From a virus (lineage: Duplodnaviria > Caudoviricetes): a DNA stretch of 64,000 bases. Location: the IMG/VR virus record IMGVR_UViG_3300031992_000019. One strand, written 5' to 3'. The position numbers were made by a program, and so were the translations under genes. Below, piece by piece: positions 47,752-55,815 of this stretch (within the stretch, counting starts at the first letter, position 1; each line of letters starts with the position of its first letter). A model generated the notes under the pieces. That model was given only the letters and a program-made list of their open reading frames with translations, was not told where the DNA came from and searched no databases.

Positions 47752-48627
47752 TTAGTGAATTAGACTTTCGGCGATTTTGCTAACCTCCTCCTTGGTCGGT
47801 TTGCCATCGCCCTTGGGATATGGTGTAGGACTTCCAGGCAGTTCGTGCTTGGTGATGTTGTTCGCGATGGAGGTGAGTTTCTCCTTGATGGCATCCTCCG
47901 TGGCATCGGCTGGAAGGACAAAACCCTCCTCGATGCGATAGTCGGGAATCTTGAGTTCCTTTGCCGTCTTGGTGATGAAGTCCTGTCTTGCACGTTGGGC
48001 ACTCGCAGCCTTGGCAGCGTCAGCCTCGTCCTTCATGGCTTTGTAGCCTTTGGAGAGGTCATCGTTCTTCTTCTTCATCTCTTCGATGGTGGCGGCTTGT
48101 GCCTTGGTCTGCTCCTCGTGCTGCTTGCGGATTTCCTCGATGGTCTTCTGGTACTCCTCCTCGCGCTTCTTGCGGTCGTCTTCGGCCTGCTGCTGATAGA
48201 GCTTGAACCATTCTGGGATTTCCGTGTTCTTCTTCAACTCCTCCGCTTTGCGTGCCTCCTCCTCTGCCTTGGCTTTCGCCTTGGCTTCCTCATCGGCTTT
48301 CTTCTTTGCGGCTTCCTCCTCTGCGGCCTTCTTCTTGGCTGCTTCCTCTGCCGCTGCCTTTTTTGCCTCCTCTTCGGCGGCTTTCTTCTTGGCTGCTTCA
48401 TCCTCCGCATCCTTCTTCGTCTTCGCAACCGCCTCATTGACACGCCTGTCATTCAGCTTTTGCAAATTCGCGAGATAGTCCGCTTGCTGTTCTACAACAA
48501 AACCGAGATTGTCATCTGTCACAAAACCGAGCTTCGCGAGGGCATCGGCGTGCGAAGTGAGAATCTCATCACCCAACCCGAGGCTCGAATACCGCGTTTT
48601 GAGTGCCTGAAAAATCTTTTGTTTCAT
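47752..48627 (-). CDS. Capsid scaffolding protein
   Basis: KKAAEEEAA coiled-coil repeats, PEWFK; first gene of the head operon. Confidence 0.75.
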   Translation of the reverse strand: MKQKIFQALKTRYSSLGLGDEILTSHADALAKLGFVTDDNLGFVVEQQADYLANLQKLNDRRVNEAVAKTKKDAEDEAAKKKAAEEEAKKAAAEEAAKKKAAEEEAAKKKADEEAKAKAKAEEEARKAEELKKNTEIPEWFKLYQQQAEDDRKKREEEYQKTIEEIRKQHEEQTKAQAATIEEMKKKNDDLSKGYKAMKDEADAAKAASAQRARQDFITKTAKELKIPDYRIEEGFVLPADATEDAIKEKLTSIANNITKHELPGSPTPYPKGDGKPTKEEVSKIAESLIH

Positions 48628-48668
48628 TCTTTTTTATATATTGATTTAAGTTTGTGTTTGTTTTTGGC

Positions 48669-48739
48669 GCAAAGATATACCTTAATATCCTATTATTTGC
48701 ATTTTAACGCGCCTTTCACGGCACTAAAAATTATTGTGC
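48669..48739 (-). promoter_or_regulatory. Late-class promoter of the head-tail operon
   Basis: TATCTTTG plus GCAC-N11-GTGC (48721-48739) 44 bp upstream. Confidence 0.7.
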
Positions 48740-48780
48740 ATAAATCACACGTTTTAGGGGCAGAAAGTCCAGTAGAACGC

Positions 48781-49031
48781 AAAAAAAGAAGGCGCGTCTC
48801 ACGACGAACCTTCTCAAAATATTTCTCTCTTAATACTAATGGTCGGACTCTACGAACCTCACGGCGGGTAGAGGGTCTTTTGCATTGACTTACTTGTCTG
48901 CAACGCAAAATGAAATGTAATCAACTCAAAATTCTTAAACCAATTAAATCCCGAAACACTACGAACCATCGCGGCGGGTAGTGCTGGTGTGCGCATTGAC
49001 TTACTTGTGTGCAAAACGCACGGTTGTTATT
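48781..49031 (-). ncRNA. Putative twin-repeat structured small RNA
   Basis: -7 box at ~49039-49046, two [hairpin1-hairpin2-variable] units, GUGA terminator 48781-48814, no credible ORF. Confidence 0.6.
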
Positions 49032-49104
49032 GCCTATGCAAAGATACTAATTCTCAAGCAAGTCACAACAACACGCACGGATGAAAAGCACTTTTGAAAT
49101 CACT

Positions 49105-49135
49105 CTAATAACGTATGAAGATGAGATTTGTTTAT
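49105..49135 (-). promoter_or_regulatory. ECF-like promoter ATAAA-N17-CGTTATTA
   Basis: Fourth copy of the motif; points into the ncRNA locus. Confidence 0.5.
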
Positions 49136-49680
49136 AACCATACTAACTTTTTTCGGACGTATGCCATCCATCGAAAGTTAGAGTAGTAGCAGCCATTGTA
49201 GTTCTCGAAGTTGCCGAACATTCTCACATTGCCCGTAGGTACGTGAAGAAAGGCGAACTTTGAACCGCCGATGATTGTCTGGACGGCTTCGGCTAATGCC
49301 TTTGACCCGAACCCGTATCGCTTGATGTAGGGCACGAAAACGGTCTTGAAGACATATTCGCTATCGGTAATATCGTTCTTCGGGTAGTAGGGCAGACACC
49401 CGTTGTGGGCGAAGAACACACCGCCGTCAGCCCCCGAAAAGAAGGGGTGGCAGTTGTCGAGGTTGACCGAGCCTTGGGTGGCAAACCTAAAATGGATGAT
49501 GCAAGCCTCATTCTCTGGCACTTTGCCGAGCTGCTCTACGAACTCGCTAAACTTGAGGGTCTTGAATGAACGGCTCTTTGTGGCGAACCCCATGCCGTCT
49601 GGATTGGCTTGGTGACACGCGCGAAGGGTGGTTAACGAGGGCATCTTTGCGCCCGCTGGCTTTACGATGAGAATGCACAT
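49132..49680 (-). CDS. Class II (Ntn) glutamine amidotransferase
   Basis: N-terminal MC, NPDGMG, HFRFATQG, NCHPF, HNG, TDSE. Confidence 0.9.
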   Translation of the reverse strand: MCILIVKPAGAKMPSLTTLRACHQANPDGMGFATKSRSFKTLKFSEFVEQLGKVPENEACIIHFRFATQGSVNLDNCHPFFSGADGGVFFAHNGCLPYYPKNDITDSEYVFKTVFVPYIKRYGFGSKALAEAVQTIIGGSKFAFLHVPTGNVRMFGNFENYNGCYYSNFRWMAYVRKKLVWL

Positions 49681-49792
49681 ATTTTTGCTTGTATTGAATT
49701 TTCTTGATTGAGGTGATAACTTATGCGCCCGAAAGACGAAAGTCCGTTAGACGCGAAATAAAAGGGGTAGGCGGGGCGGTTGCCCCAGCCTA

Positions 49793-50701
49793 TCACATAT
49801 TCTCGATGCGGGTCTTGAAGTACCGCTTTTCGGCGGCGGTCAAGAAGGGGACATCGTTGATGTCGGTCACGTAGTGGTCGAGCACGTGGGTCTTCGACCA
49901 GCCTACGAGGGCGGCGCAGAACTTTACCCAATGTGAAATCTTGGCAAAGTTGGTAGTGCCGTGGTGCTGGCGAAACTCTACCGTGTGGTGAGATGACCAG
50001 CTCATCGGATTGAGCTTGTGGTAGCGGTCGTTACCCATGACGCGCTGAACATCTTCGGGGGTGGTACAGCGAGAGAAGTTGTAGTTGCGGATGGTGTGGC
50101 AGTAGGTGTTGGTGTCACCGCGACGCGAGGGTGCCATCCAAGTGTCGATAAGACCCTCGAGCTTCTGGTAGTTCTCAAAGCAGTTGCAGAACTGGTCATC
50201 GGTGAAGTCGGCGCAAGAGATATGTACGTGCAAACCGCAAGACTTGTTCACTTGTGCGCCAGTGGCATTCAATACACCACAAGCCTTCTCAAGTCGGCTC
50301 AAACCGCCTTCGCTCGAAAGTACGGGCGATACCATCTCGATAGGATTGTTGCCGTAGGTGGTGTTGCGGTCAGGGCGAAGGCTGCTATCGGTCTTGAAGT
50401 CGAAGGTAGCATTGCCGTTGGTGTGGGCGTAGTAGCCGAGCCAGTTGTAAGACACGCCCGTTTCGGTGAGTCCGCGCTCAACTGAGCTACGATTGCAGAG
50501 GCACTCAATCTCAACACCAAAGGTGTAGGCGAAAGGTGCGATACGTGTGCGGATGGTCTGCGTGAGAACATCTACATATTGCTTTTTGATGTTCTCTATG
50601 TCCCAGCCAGTCAAGCCGAGAGCCTTCAGCTCGCGAACCTTGGTGTTGAGGGACTTGGTTGAGGTCATTACGTCGTTGATGGTCTGGTTGAGGGTCTTCA
50701 T
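49793..50701 (-). CDS. Putative amidoligase (COOH-NH2 ligase)
   Basis: TFGVEIE, DSSL, EMVSPVL, SCGLHVH, RYHKLN, TVEFRQH. Confidence 0.9.
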   Translation of the reverse strand: MKTLNQTINDVMTSTKSLNTKVRELKALGLTGWDIENIKKQYVDVLTQTIRTRIAPFAYTFGVEIECLCNRSSVERGLTETGVSYNWLGYYAHTNGNATFDFKTDSSLRPDRNTTYGNNPIEMVSPVLSSEGGLSRLEKACGVLNATGAQVNKSCGLHVHISCADFTDDQFCNCFENYQKLEGLIDTWMAPSRRGDTNTYCHTIRNYNFSRCTTPEDVQRVMGNDRYHKLNPMSWSSHHTVEFRQHHGTTNFAKISHWVKFCAALVGWSKTHVLDHYVTDINDVPFLTAAEKRYFKTRIENM

Positions 50702-50711
50702 ACGATTCAAA

Positions 50712-50846
50712 AGTATTAAGAGGTGAATCGGGGTCGTTGCCCGTGCGGTCTTGGGTTTGTCCCTTTCGACACCGCAAAGATAGGGGATTGTATTGGATTA
50801 TCCAAATATTTTACGATAAATTTCCAATATTTTAACTCTTATTAAC
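50712..50846 (-). promoter_or_regulatory. Early-class promoter and leader
   Basis: TTGGATAATCCAA (50793-50805), TATCTTTGCGGTG, leader ending CTCTTAATACT. Confidence 0.7.
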
Positions 50847-51007
50847 GAATATCGTGCATATATTGGGTTTTCTAAACACATTTTAACACAAATATTGCAC
50901 AAAAATAAGATTTTGAGGTAAAATCTGGCGATATGAAAACAAAAATGCAGTAAGTCCTATTACATTATATAAATAAGATGGGGGCATCCAGAAGGACACC
51001 CCCTAAC

Positions 51008-51460
51008 TTAAAACGGCAAATCATCTTTTGGCATCGGGTATTCTTTCCCGTCGAGCCAAAATTTAAACCGCGCCTTGATATAATTCCACTCGCATTTAAT
51101 CCTGTACCAGAGGGACGGCTTGCATTCCTCGCAGATGACATGCGTGCTTCCGTCGGTGACGATACATTTCACCTTCAAGTCATCTCCTACGGCTTGTTGC
51201 CATTTCACGTACCTCAAATATAGTACGACCTCATTGTATGTGGCTGGTCGGTAGTCCTCGCTCTCAAGTGCGTAGTCACTCCACCACAATCGTTCATAGA
51301 CTCCGTTCTCGTCCTTCTTGCCCATTACATCCCTCTGGGTGTTGATGGCGCAGTTGAAATATCCGTTTGGATAACACAAAGCTATTGCTCGCGTCTTGTC
51401 TTTGCTGGATTCCTCGTTCCACGACATGAAGGTGAGCTTGGTGTATTTCTTAATCTTCAT
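51008..51460 (-). CDS. Hypothetical protein ending in DDLPF
   Basis: ORF track; SSB-tip-like C-terminus. Confidence 0.6.
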   Translation of the reverse strand: MKIKKYTKLTFMSWNEESSKDKTRAIALCYPNGYFNCAINTQRDVMGKKDENGVYERLWWSDYALESEDYRPATYNEVVLYLRYVKWQQAVGDDLKVKCIVTDGSTHVICEECKPSLWYRIKCEWNYIKARFKFWLDGKEYPMPKDDLPF

Positions 51461-51656
51461 AGATTCTAAATTTTAGATTATACTTCTTGGTTGCCTCTTG
51501 CAGGGCGGCTTCCGCGCGTTCCCTCTTCTTGAAGAGTTTCGGGGCAGACTCACTCACCTCTACCTTGGTGCAGACCACCCCGAACCTCCCCACGTAACTT
51601 CTAAACTTCGCGTTGGTGACAACCATCGAGCCGCTCCTTACGATATACCTTCTCAT
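51450..51656 (-). CDS. Hypothetical protein
   Basis: ATGA coupling; start MRRYIV. Confidence 0.5.
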   Translation of the reverse strand: MRRYIVRSGSMVVTNAKFRSYVGRFGVVCTKVEVSESAPKLFKKRERAEAALQEATKKYNLKFRIYED

Positions 51657-51940
51657 TTGATATAGTCCTTCCACGGGTTGGAGGTGAACCGCCCGCTTGT
51701 GCCAGTGATTCTATCGGCTTCTCGCATCTCCTGCACCTTGGCATCCTCCCTCATCCTCTGGCGTTCCTTGCGCGATGGTTTGACCGTCTTCTCCTCGGCA
51801 TAGACGCTGCATTCGGGGACATCGGTGCGGTTGTGCTTGCCCAGTCCGCAATATCCGTCCATCGGAGCGACGTGCTTGGGCACTTTCTTGGTGAAGGGGT
51901 GGAAATGAATACAATTTCCGCAGCATTTTTTAGTTTCCAT
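51653..51940 (-). CDS. Cys-rich small protein
   Basis: CCGNCIHF...GYC...C. Confidence 0.6.
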   Translation of the reverse strand: METKKCCGNCIHFHPFTKKVPKHVAPMDGYCGLGKHNRTDVPECSVYAEEKTVKPSRKERQRMREDAKVQEMREADRITGTSGRFTSNPWKDYIK

Positions 51941-53159
51941 CTTTTTTCAGTTTTGAGTTAAGTAATTCTTCCATCACGCCTATCCAGAAATAGGCGACAT
52001 TGTTCAAGTCCATTCGTATTTGCGTCTTGCCCTCTATGGTGAGGTTGGTTTCCGCGCAGCTCCTTACCGTGTCCACGGAAATCATATTCTCGTCGGCGGC
52101 ATCCTTGAGGGAAGGCCATATACCCTTGAAGGTGGCGCGTCCTCCGTTCATCTTGAGTCCGAAGACGAACTCCCCGTCAGGGTATATCTTGTAGAGGTCA
52201 TTGAGGAACACCCTCGCGCTATGGTAGTCCATCTTGAGCATCGACGTGGTGAAGGAGAACTGCTCATAGCACTCCATCGACCCGAAGTAGTATGGTGCGG
52301 AGAACATCTCGGAGAACCTCGGACTCTTGCCCTCGTCACCAGCCGCGATAATTAAATCTATGTTTTCATAGCGGAAGAGTGCCTTGATGCAGTCGAAGGC
52401 GGTCTTGTCCACATTGTAGGAGGTGAAGACACCCTTCACATCAACAAGAAGTTGCTCGGCTACCTTGATGCCCTTGTACATCCTTCGCGTCTTGATTTTC
52501 TCCCAGAGTTCCCTCTCCTCTTTCGTGTAGAGGAATCGTATCGTCTTGCCGTTGACGTTCTTCAACTCAAGGGCATTGGCGAGAGATAGGATTTGTGTGT
52601 GTACCTTGAGGGAGCGGAAGGTGTCTATCTCTGCCAAGTCCTTGAACGTGGAGCGGTAGTTGACGAACAACTGCGAGAAGAACATCAGTTTGAGGACATA
52701 AAGGCATAACGGTTTGTCCACTGGTGCGCACACCTTGAGGAGTTCCTTCTCTATGGCTTTACCGATGTTCTCCAGATGGGGGTCGATAATCTCCAAGGCT
52801 TTCTCCGTGGACAGACTCATACCCTCATACGCATCAGTATTGCCCACGAAGTTCATCCTGTTGTTGAGTGAGTACATGAAGTCCGCGAGCTTGTCATAAT
52901 ACTTGTAGGAATTAGTGTATATGGTTTCGCAGAGCCTCAATACCTTCTCGTCAGTATATTCTTTCTTCGTGTGGAGCTTGTTCTTCACATTGCCCCTATC
53001 GAGGATTGCCCGTGAAAGTCCTATACACTTGTCGGTGACAATGGAGGCCATCGTGGTCATCGAATAGACTGGGATAGCTTCCAGTGCCCTCAATCTTGCA
53101 AGGAGTTCCGCGTTCTTGCTCGTATGTGTGGGTGGGGTGCGCGTCAAAGTGCCTGCCAT
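51930..53159 (-). CDS. Hypothetical protein with NUMOD1-like C-terminal segment
   Basis: 409-aa ORF; WPSLKDAADENMISVDTVRSC. Confidence 0.65.
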   Translation of the reverse strand: MAGTLTRTPPTHTSKNAELLARLRALEAIPVYSMTTMASIVTDKCIGLSRAILDRGNVKNKLHTKKEYTDEKVLRLCETIYTNSYKYYDKLADFMYSLNNRMNFVGNTDAYEGMSLSTEKALEIIDPHLENIGKAIEKELLKVCAPVDKPLCLYVLKLMFFSQLFVNYRSTFKDLAEIDTFRSLKVHTQILSLANALELKNVNGKTIRFLYTKEERELWEKIKTRRMYKGIKVAEQLLVDVKGVFTSYNVDKTAFDCIKALFRYENIDLIIAAGDEGKSPRFSEMFSAPYYFGSMECYEQFSFTTSMLKMDYHSARVFLNDLYKIYPDGEFVFGLKMNGGRATFKGIWPSLKDAADENMISVDTVRSCAETNLTIEGKTQIRMDLNNVAYFWIGVMEELLNSKLKKDGN

Positions 53160-53353
53160 ACCAGACTCTCCAAATAGATGGACAACACGAAATGGCAGAT
53201 TGTACCGAAGAGAATCCCGATTAGAGCGGATTGCTTCTCGTCTATCTCATTACGGAAATACCAGAAGGCGATTCCAGAAAGTGTGACACCGAAAACCAGA
53301 CTGAAGAAATACGCCATAAGTGACGTTCCAAAACATTTACCTAATTTATACAT
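53144..53353 (-). CDS. Two-TM membrane protein
   Basis: Two hydrophobic segments. Confidence 0.55.
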   Translation of the reverse strand: MYKLGKCFGTSLMAYFFSLVFGVTLSGIAFWYFRNEIDEKQSALIGILFGTICHFVLSIYLESLVWQAL

Positions 53354-53354
53354 A

Positions 53355-53717
53355 TCATTTGATTTTGCCTGACCACTTGCCCCTTGATAGAGGGGAAAGG
53401 AGGTCTATTCTGTTTGTGAATCTCTTGTTCATAGTGTCTTGTATAACGTATCTGCCGTTCAGCGAATGTCCCTTGGAGATGAATAGTTGTATCGTGTCGC
53501 CATAGGAATAGGTCTTCAGCAAGTCCCGACTTACCGCGCACCACCTCAATTCTTTTACCCTCTTCGGGTCTATCCTCTTGTTGGATGCCGTGATTAGCGG
53601 AGTATCGTCACATTGCCCTTGGGTCGGATTGTAAACGGTTATCGTCACCTCTCGCCAGCCTTTCGCATTTGCGCCATACACTACTATAACGCACAAGAAA
53701 AGAAAAAATTTACGCAT
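53355..53717 (-). CDS. 3D-domain (lytic transglycosylase-like) protein with signal peptide
   Basis: TVYNP..GQCD..P.ITAS, CAVSRD, YGD, QDTMN.R...RIDL. Confidence 0.8.
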   Translation of the reverse strand: MRKFFLFLCVIVVYGANAKGWREVTITVYNPTQGQCDDTPLITASNKRIDPKRVKELRWCAVSRDLLKTYSYGDTIQLFISKGHSLNGRYVIQDTMNKRFTNRIDLLSPLSRGKWSGKIK

Positions 53718-53720
53718 TGC

Positions 53721-53957
53721 CTACAATTCTTCCAACTCTTTTGCCACCTTGTCGCGTTCCTCTTGGATTATATCGAGCATCTTGTTGAAGATTTCCCTTT
53801 CGATTTTGCTTTCTCTTTCCGTTTCCGCATTGCTGTTCGCGCAGTCTATATGTATCTTCACCCAATAATATCTATCGGTCTTGCACGCCAGTAGCGCATC
53901 GTATCGCTTTATCTTTTCTTGTAGCTTGTTCGCCTTTTCAAGTATTTCTAAATCCAT
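53721..53957 (-). CDS. Coiled-coil hypothetical protein
   Basis: LEKANKL...ELEEL. Confidence 0.6.
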   Translation of the reverse strand: MDLEILEKANKLQEKIKRYDALLACKTDRYYWVKIHIDCANSNAETERESKIEREIFNKMLDIIQEERDKVAKELEEL

Positions 53958-53968
53958 ACTTTTTAAGT

Positions 53969-54760
53969 TTATGTTTTATTCATTTTCTTTGTACCGCCAT
54001 TGACCAGATGATTGACCTTCTCACGGACTTTCTTGATATACCCCTCCGTCATTTCGATAAAGTTGGCATCGGTGTAGGACAGGGAGTAAATCAGAAGTGG
54101 GTTGTGGATGGTCGCGATAATCTGCGTGTTCTCCTTGTGGAAGTCCAAAACCGACTTGATTTGCTCGATATTGTCCAAGGAGAGGTTGCGGTCTGGCTCG
54201 TCCATAAGGATTGTCCACTCATCACCGATAATCTTGTGTGATTGGGTGTATTCGTAATACTGCGGATAGTTCTCCTTAAACTGGGAGTAGTCATATTTAA
54301 GACTTGCCTTGCCACCGAAGATGAAGTTGAAGAGATAATTAAGAGCGATTGTCACCCCCTCGCCAGTAGATGCATTGTTCTGCTCGATAGCCGTGCCGAA
54401 CTCCTCAAAGGAATTAAGTGCCTCGTTGTGCATCTTCTCGTTGGTGTGTGATAACCTAAACGTATTCCTTACATAGTCGGCATACACGTCAACTCCATCG
54501 TGGAAACTCTTCTTGCCGAATCCCATGAACAACTTGTTGATGCTGTTGTTGAACAGACCCTTGTTGCAGTCGGAGTATTCTACCATAAGATACCTCTCAA
54601 TCAATTTGAGGAGCGTTGTCTTTCCGCAGCCGTTCTCGCCTACAATAATGTTCACACCCTCCCTGAAAATGTACTCTTTCCCGTTCTTGAAGTTGGGAAG
54701 GTCTGGAAGATAATGAAGGGGAGTGTTGGTATTGTCTTTGATTATTACTTTCTCTACCAT
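53969..54760 (-). CDS. ABC/AAA-type ATPase
   Basis: Walker A GENGCGKT, signature STGE, Walker B ILMDEPD, H-loop TIHNP. Confidence 0.85.
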   Translation of the reverse strand: MVEKVIIKDNTNTPLHYLPDLPNFKNGKEYIFREGVNIIVGENGCGKTTLLKLIERYLMVEYSDCNKGLFNNSINKLFMGFGKKSFHDGVDVYADYVRNTFRLSHTNEKMHNEALNSFEEFGTAIEQNNASTGEGVTIALNYLFNFIFGGKASLKYDYSQFKENYPQYYEYTQSHKIIGDEWTILMDEPDRNLSLDNIEQIKSVLDFHKENTQIIATIHNPLLIYSLSYTDANFIEMTEGYIKKVREKVNHLVNGGTKKMNKT

Positions 54761-54761
54761 T

Positions 54762-55154
54762 TCACAAGGGTTTGTTAAGATTTATCACCATCTCATACAC
54801 CGCATCAATGAGGTTATCTGCCGTTGTGCCTATTCCCTCGCCCCATCCTATGCACTCTCCGTCCTCGTCGATGTAGTCGCAATGGTAGGCATCATCATAA
54901 TACCCCATCATCTTGCTATAATCTCCGATTGTTTTGGGTAAGGTGTCAAACAATGCCGCCAGAGACCAACAAGGAATAGTAAGACCTTTTCTGAACGAAA
55001 ATAAATTGTGGGAAATTGAAAAGGATTCTCCGAAATGTGGAGAGTAATTTTCTCCACTTGGGTCATCCGCTTCCAAATACATATCCGCACTTTCAATAGG
55101 TAGGATTTCCATTAACTCGCGGCATTGTTCTATGTCAGTATATGCTTTTACCAT
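54762..55154 (-). CDS. Hypothetical protein
   Basis: YTDIEQ...SADM...PCWSLAAL...LP...LIDAVYEM. Confidence 0.65.
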   Translation of the reverse strand: MVKAYTDIEQCRELMEILPIESADMYLEADDPSGENYSPHFGESFSISHNLFSFRKGLTIPCWSLAALFDTLPKTIGDYSKMMGYYDDAYHCDYIDEDGECIGWGEGIGTTADNLIDAVYEMVINLNKPL

Positions 55155-55169
55155 TGTTGTTTTGTTTCG

Positions 55170-55334
55170 TCACTCATATTCATCTTTGATGTTTAATTTT
55201 TTAACACACATAGGACAATAATGGGTTAATCTTGACGTCCCCCTCCACCTATCAGGAAGGGGAGCATCAGGGTCAAGTATTTCGCTTAAAGTACCGCAGT
55301 TGTCGCAACTAAACTGCTTTAATTCGTATATCAT
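55170..55334 (-). CDS. Zn-ribbon microprotein (54 aa)
   Basis: Own translation: CDNC...W...HYCPMC. Confidence 0.6.
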   Translation of the reverse strand: MIYELKQFSCDNCGTLSEILDPDAPLPDRWRGTSRLTHYCPMCVKKLNIKDEYE

Positions 55335-55340
55335 ATAGGG

Positions 55341-55571
55341 TTATAAAGCAGCCGTACTTTCGTATGGTTGGATAGATATGGGAAGTGGTGTTCCCATCGG
55401 TGGTTGAATTGAGTACATTGGCGGCATCTGAATCGCCCTACGAACATTTAACTCGGTTAGCCACTCTACAAGTTGGAGAAGTTCCTCCTTATATTGTGGG
55501 TTTTGGTCGGGAAAAGCCGCTTCTGCAACAAGTCTTTCTATTTCGGCATCTATGGTTATCTTGTCTATCAT
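55341..55571 (-). CDS. Hypothetical protein
   Basis: ORF track; QLVEWLTEL. Confidence 0.55.
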   Translation of the reverse strand: MIDKITIDAEIERLVAEAAFPDQNPQYKEELLQLVEWLTELNVRRAIQMPPMYSIQPPMGTPLPISIQPYESTAAL

Positions 55572-55624
55572 AGCCGTAATTTTTTATTCGCGTTATTTAA
55601 TACGGGTTATAGTTGTATTGTTAA

Positions 55625-55804
55625 TTATACTATTTCTCTAAAATATCGGTCACTTCTTCCGCTTGCGTCCTCACAGGGCATAGGGTCGTTAATTCCAACT
55701 TTTTCACAGATTTTCTGCAATGCGCAATAATCGCAAGCGTCTGCACCATGCTTATCTGTGGCGAATTCAACCCTCTTCCCAAAGATTTCAATTTCGTTTG
55801 CCAT
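55625..55804 (-). CDS. Cys-rich microprotein (59 aa)
   Basis: Own translation: CDYCAL..IC...PC...YF. Confidence 0.6.
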   Translation of the reverse strand: MANEIEIFGKRVEFATDKHGADACDYCALQKICEKVGINDPMPCEDASGRSDRYFREIV

Positions 55805-55815
55805 AGTCGTATTGT

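Noticed and set aside
48230-48420. Tandem DNA repeats in the scaffold gene
   Set aside because: Ordinary KKAAEEEAA coiled-coil coding repeats
48781-49031. Twin repeat as a CRISPR mini-array
   Set aside because: Only two imperfect ~70-nt units and no cas genes; kept as a non-CRISPR RNA hypothesis
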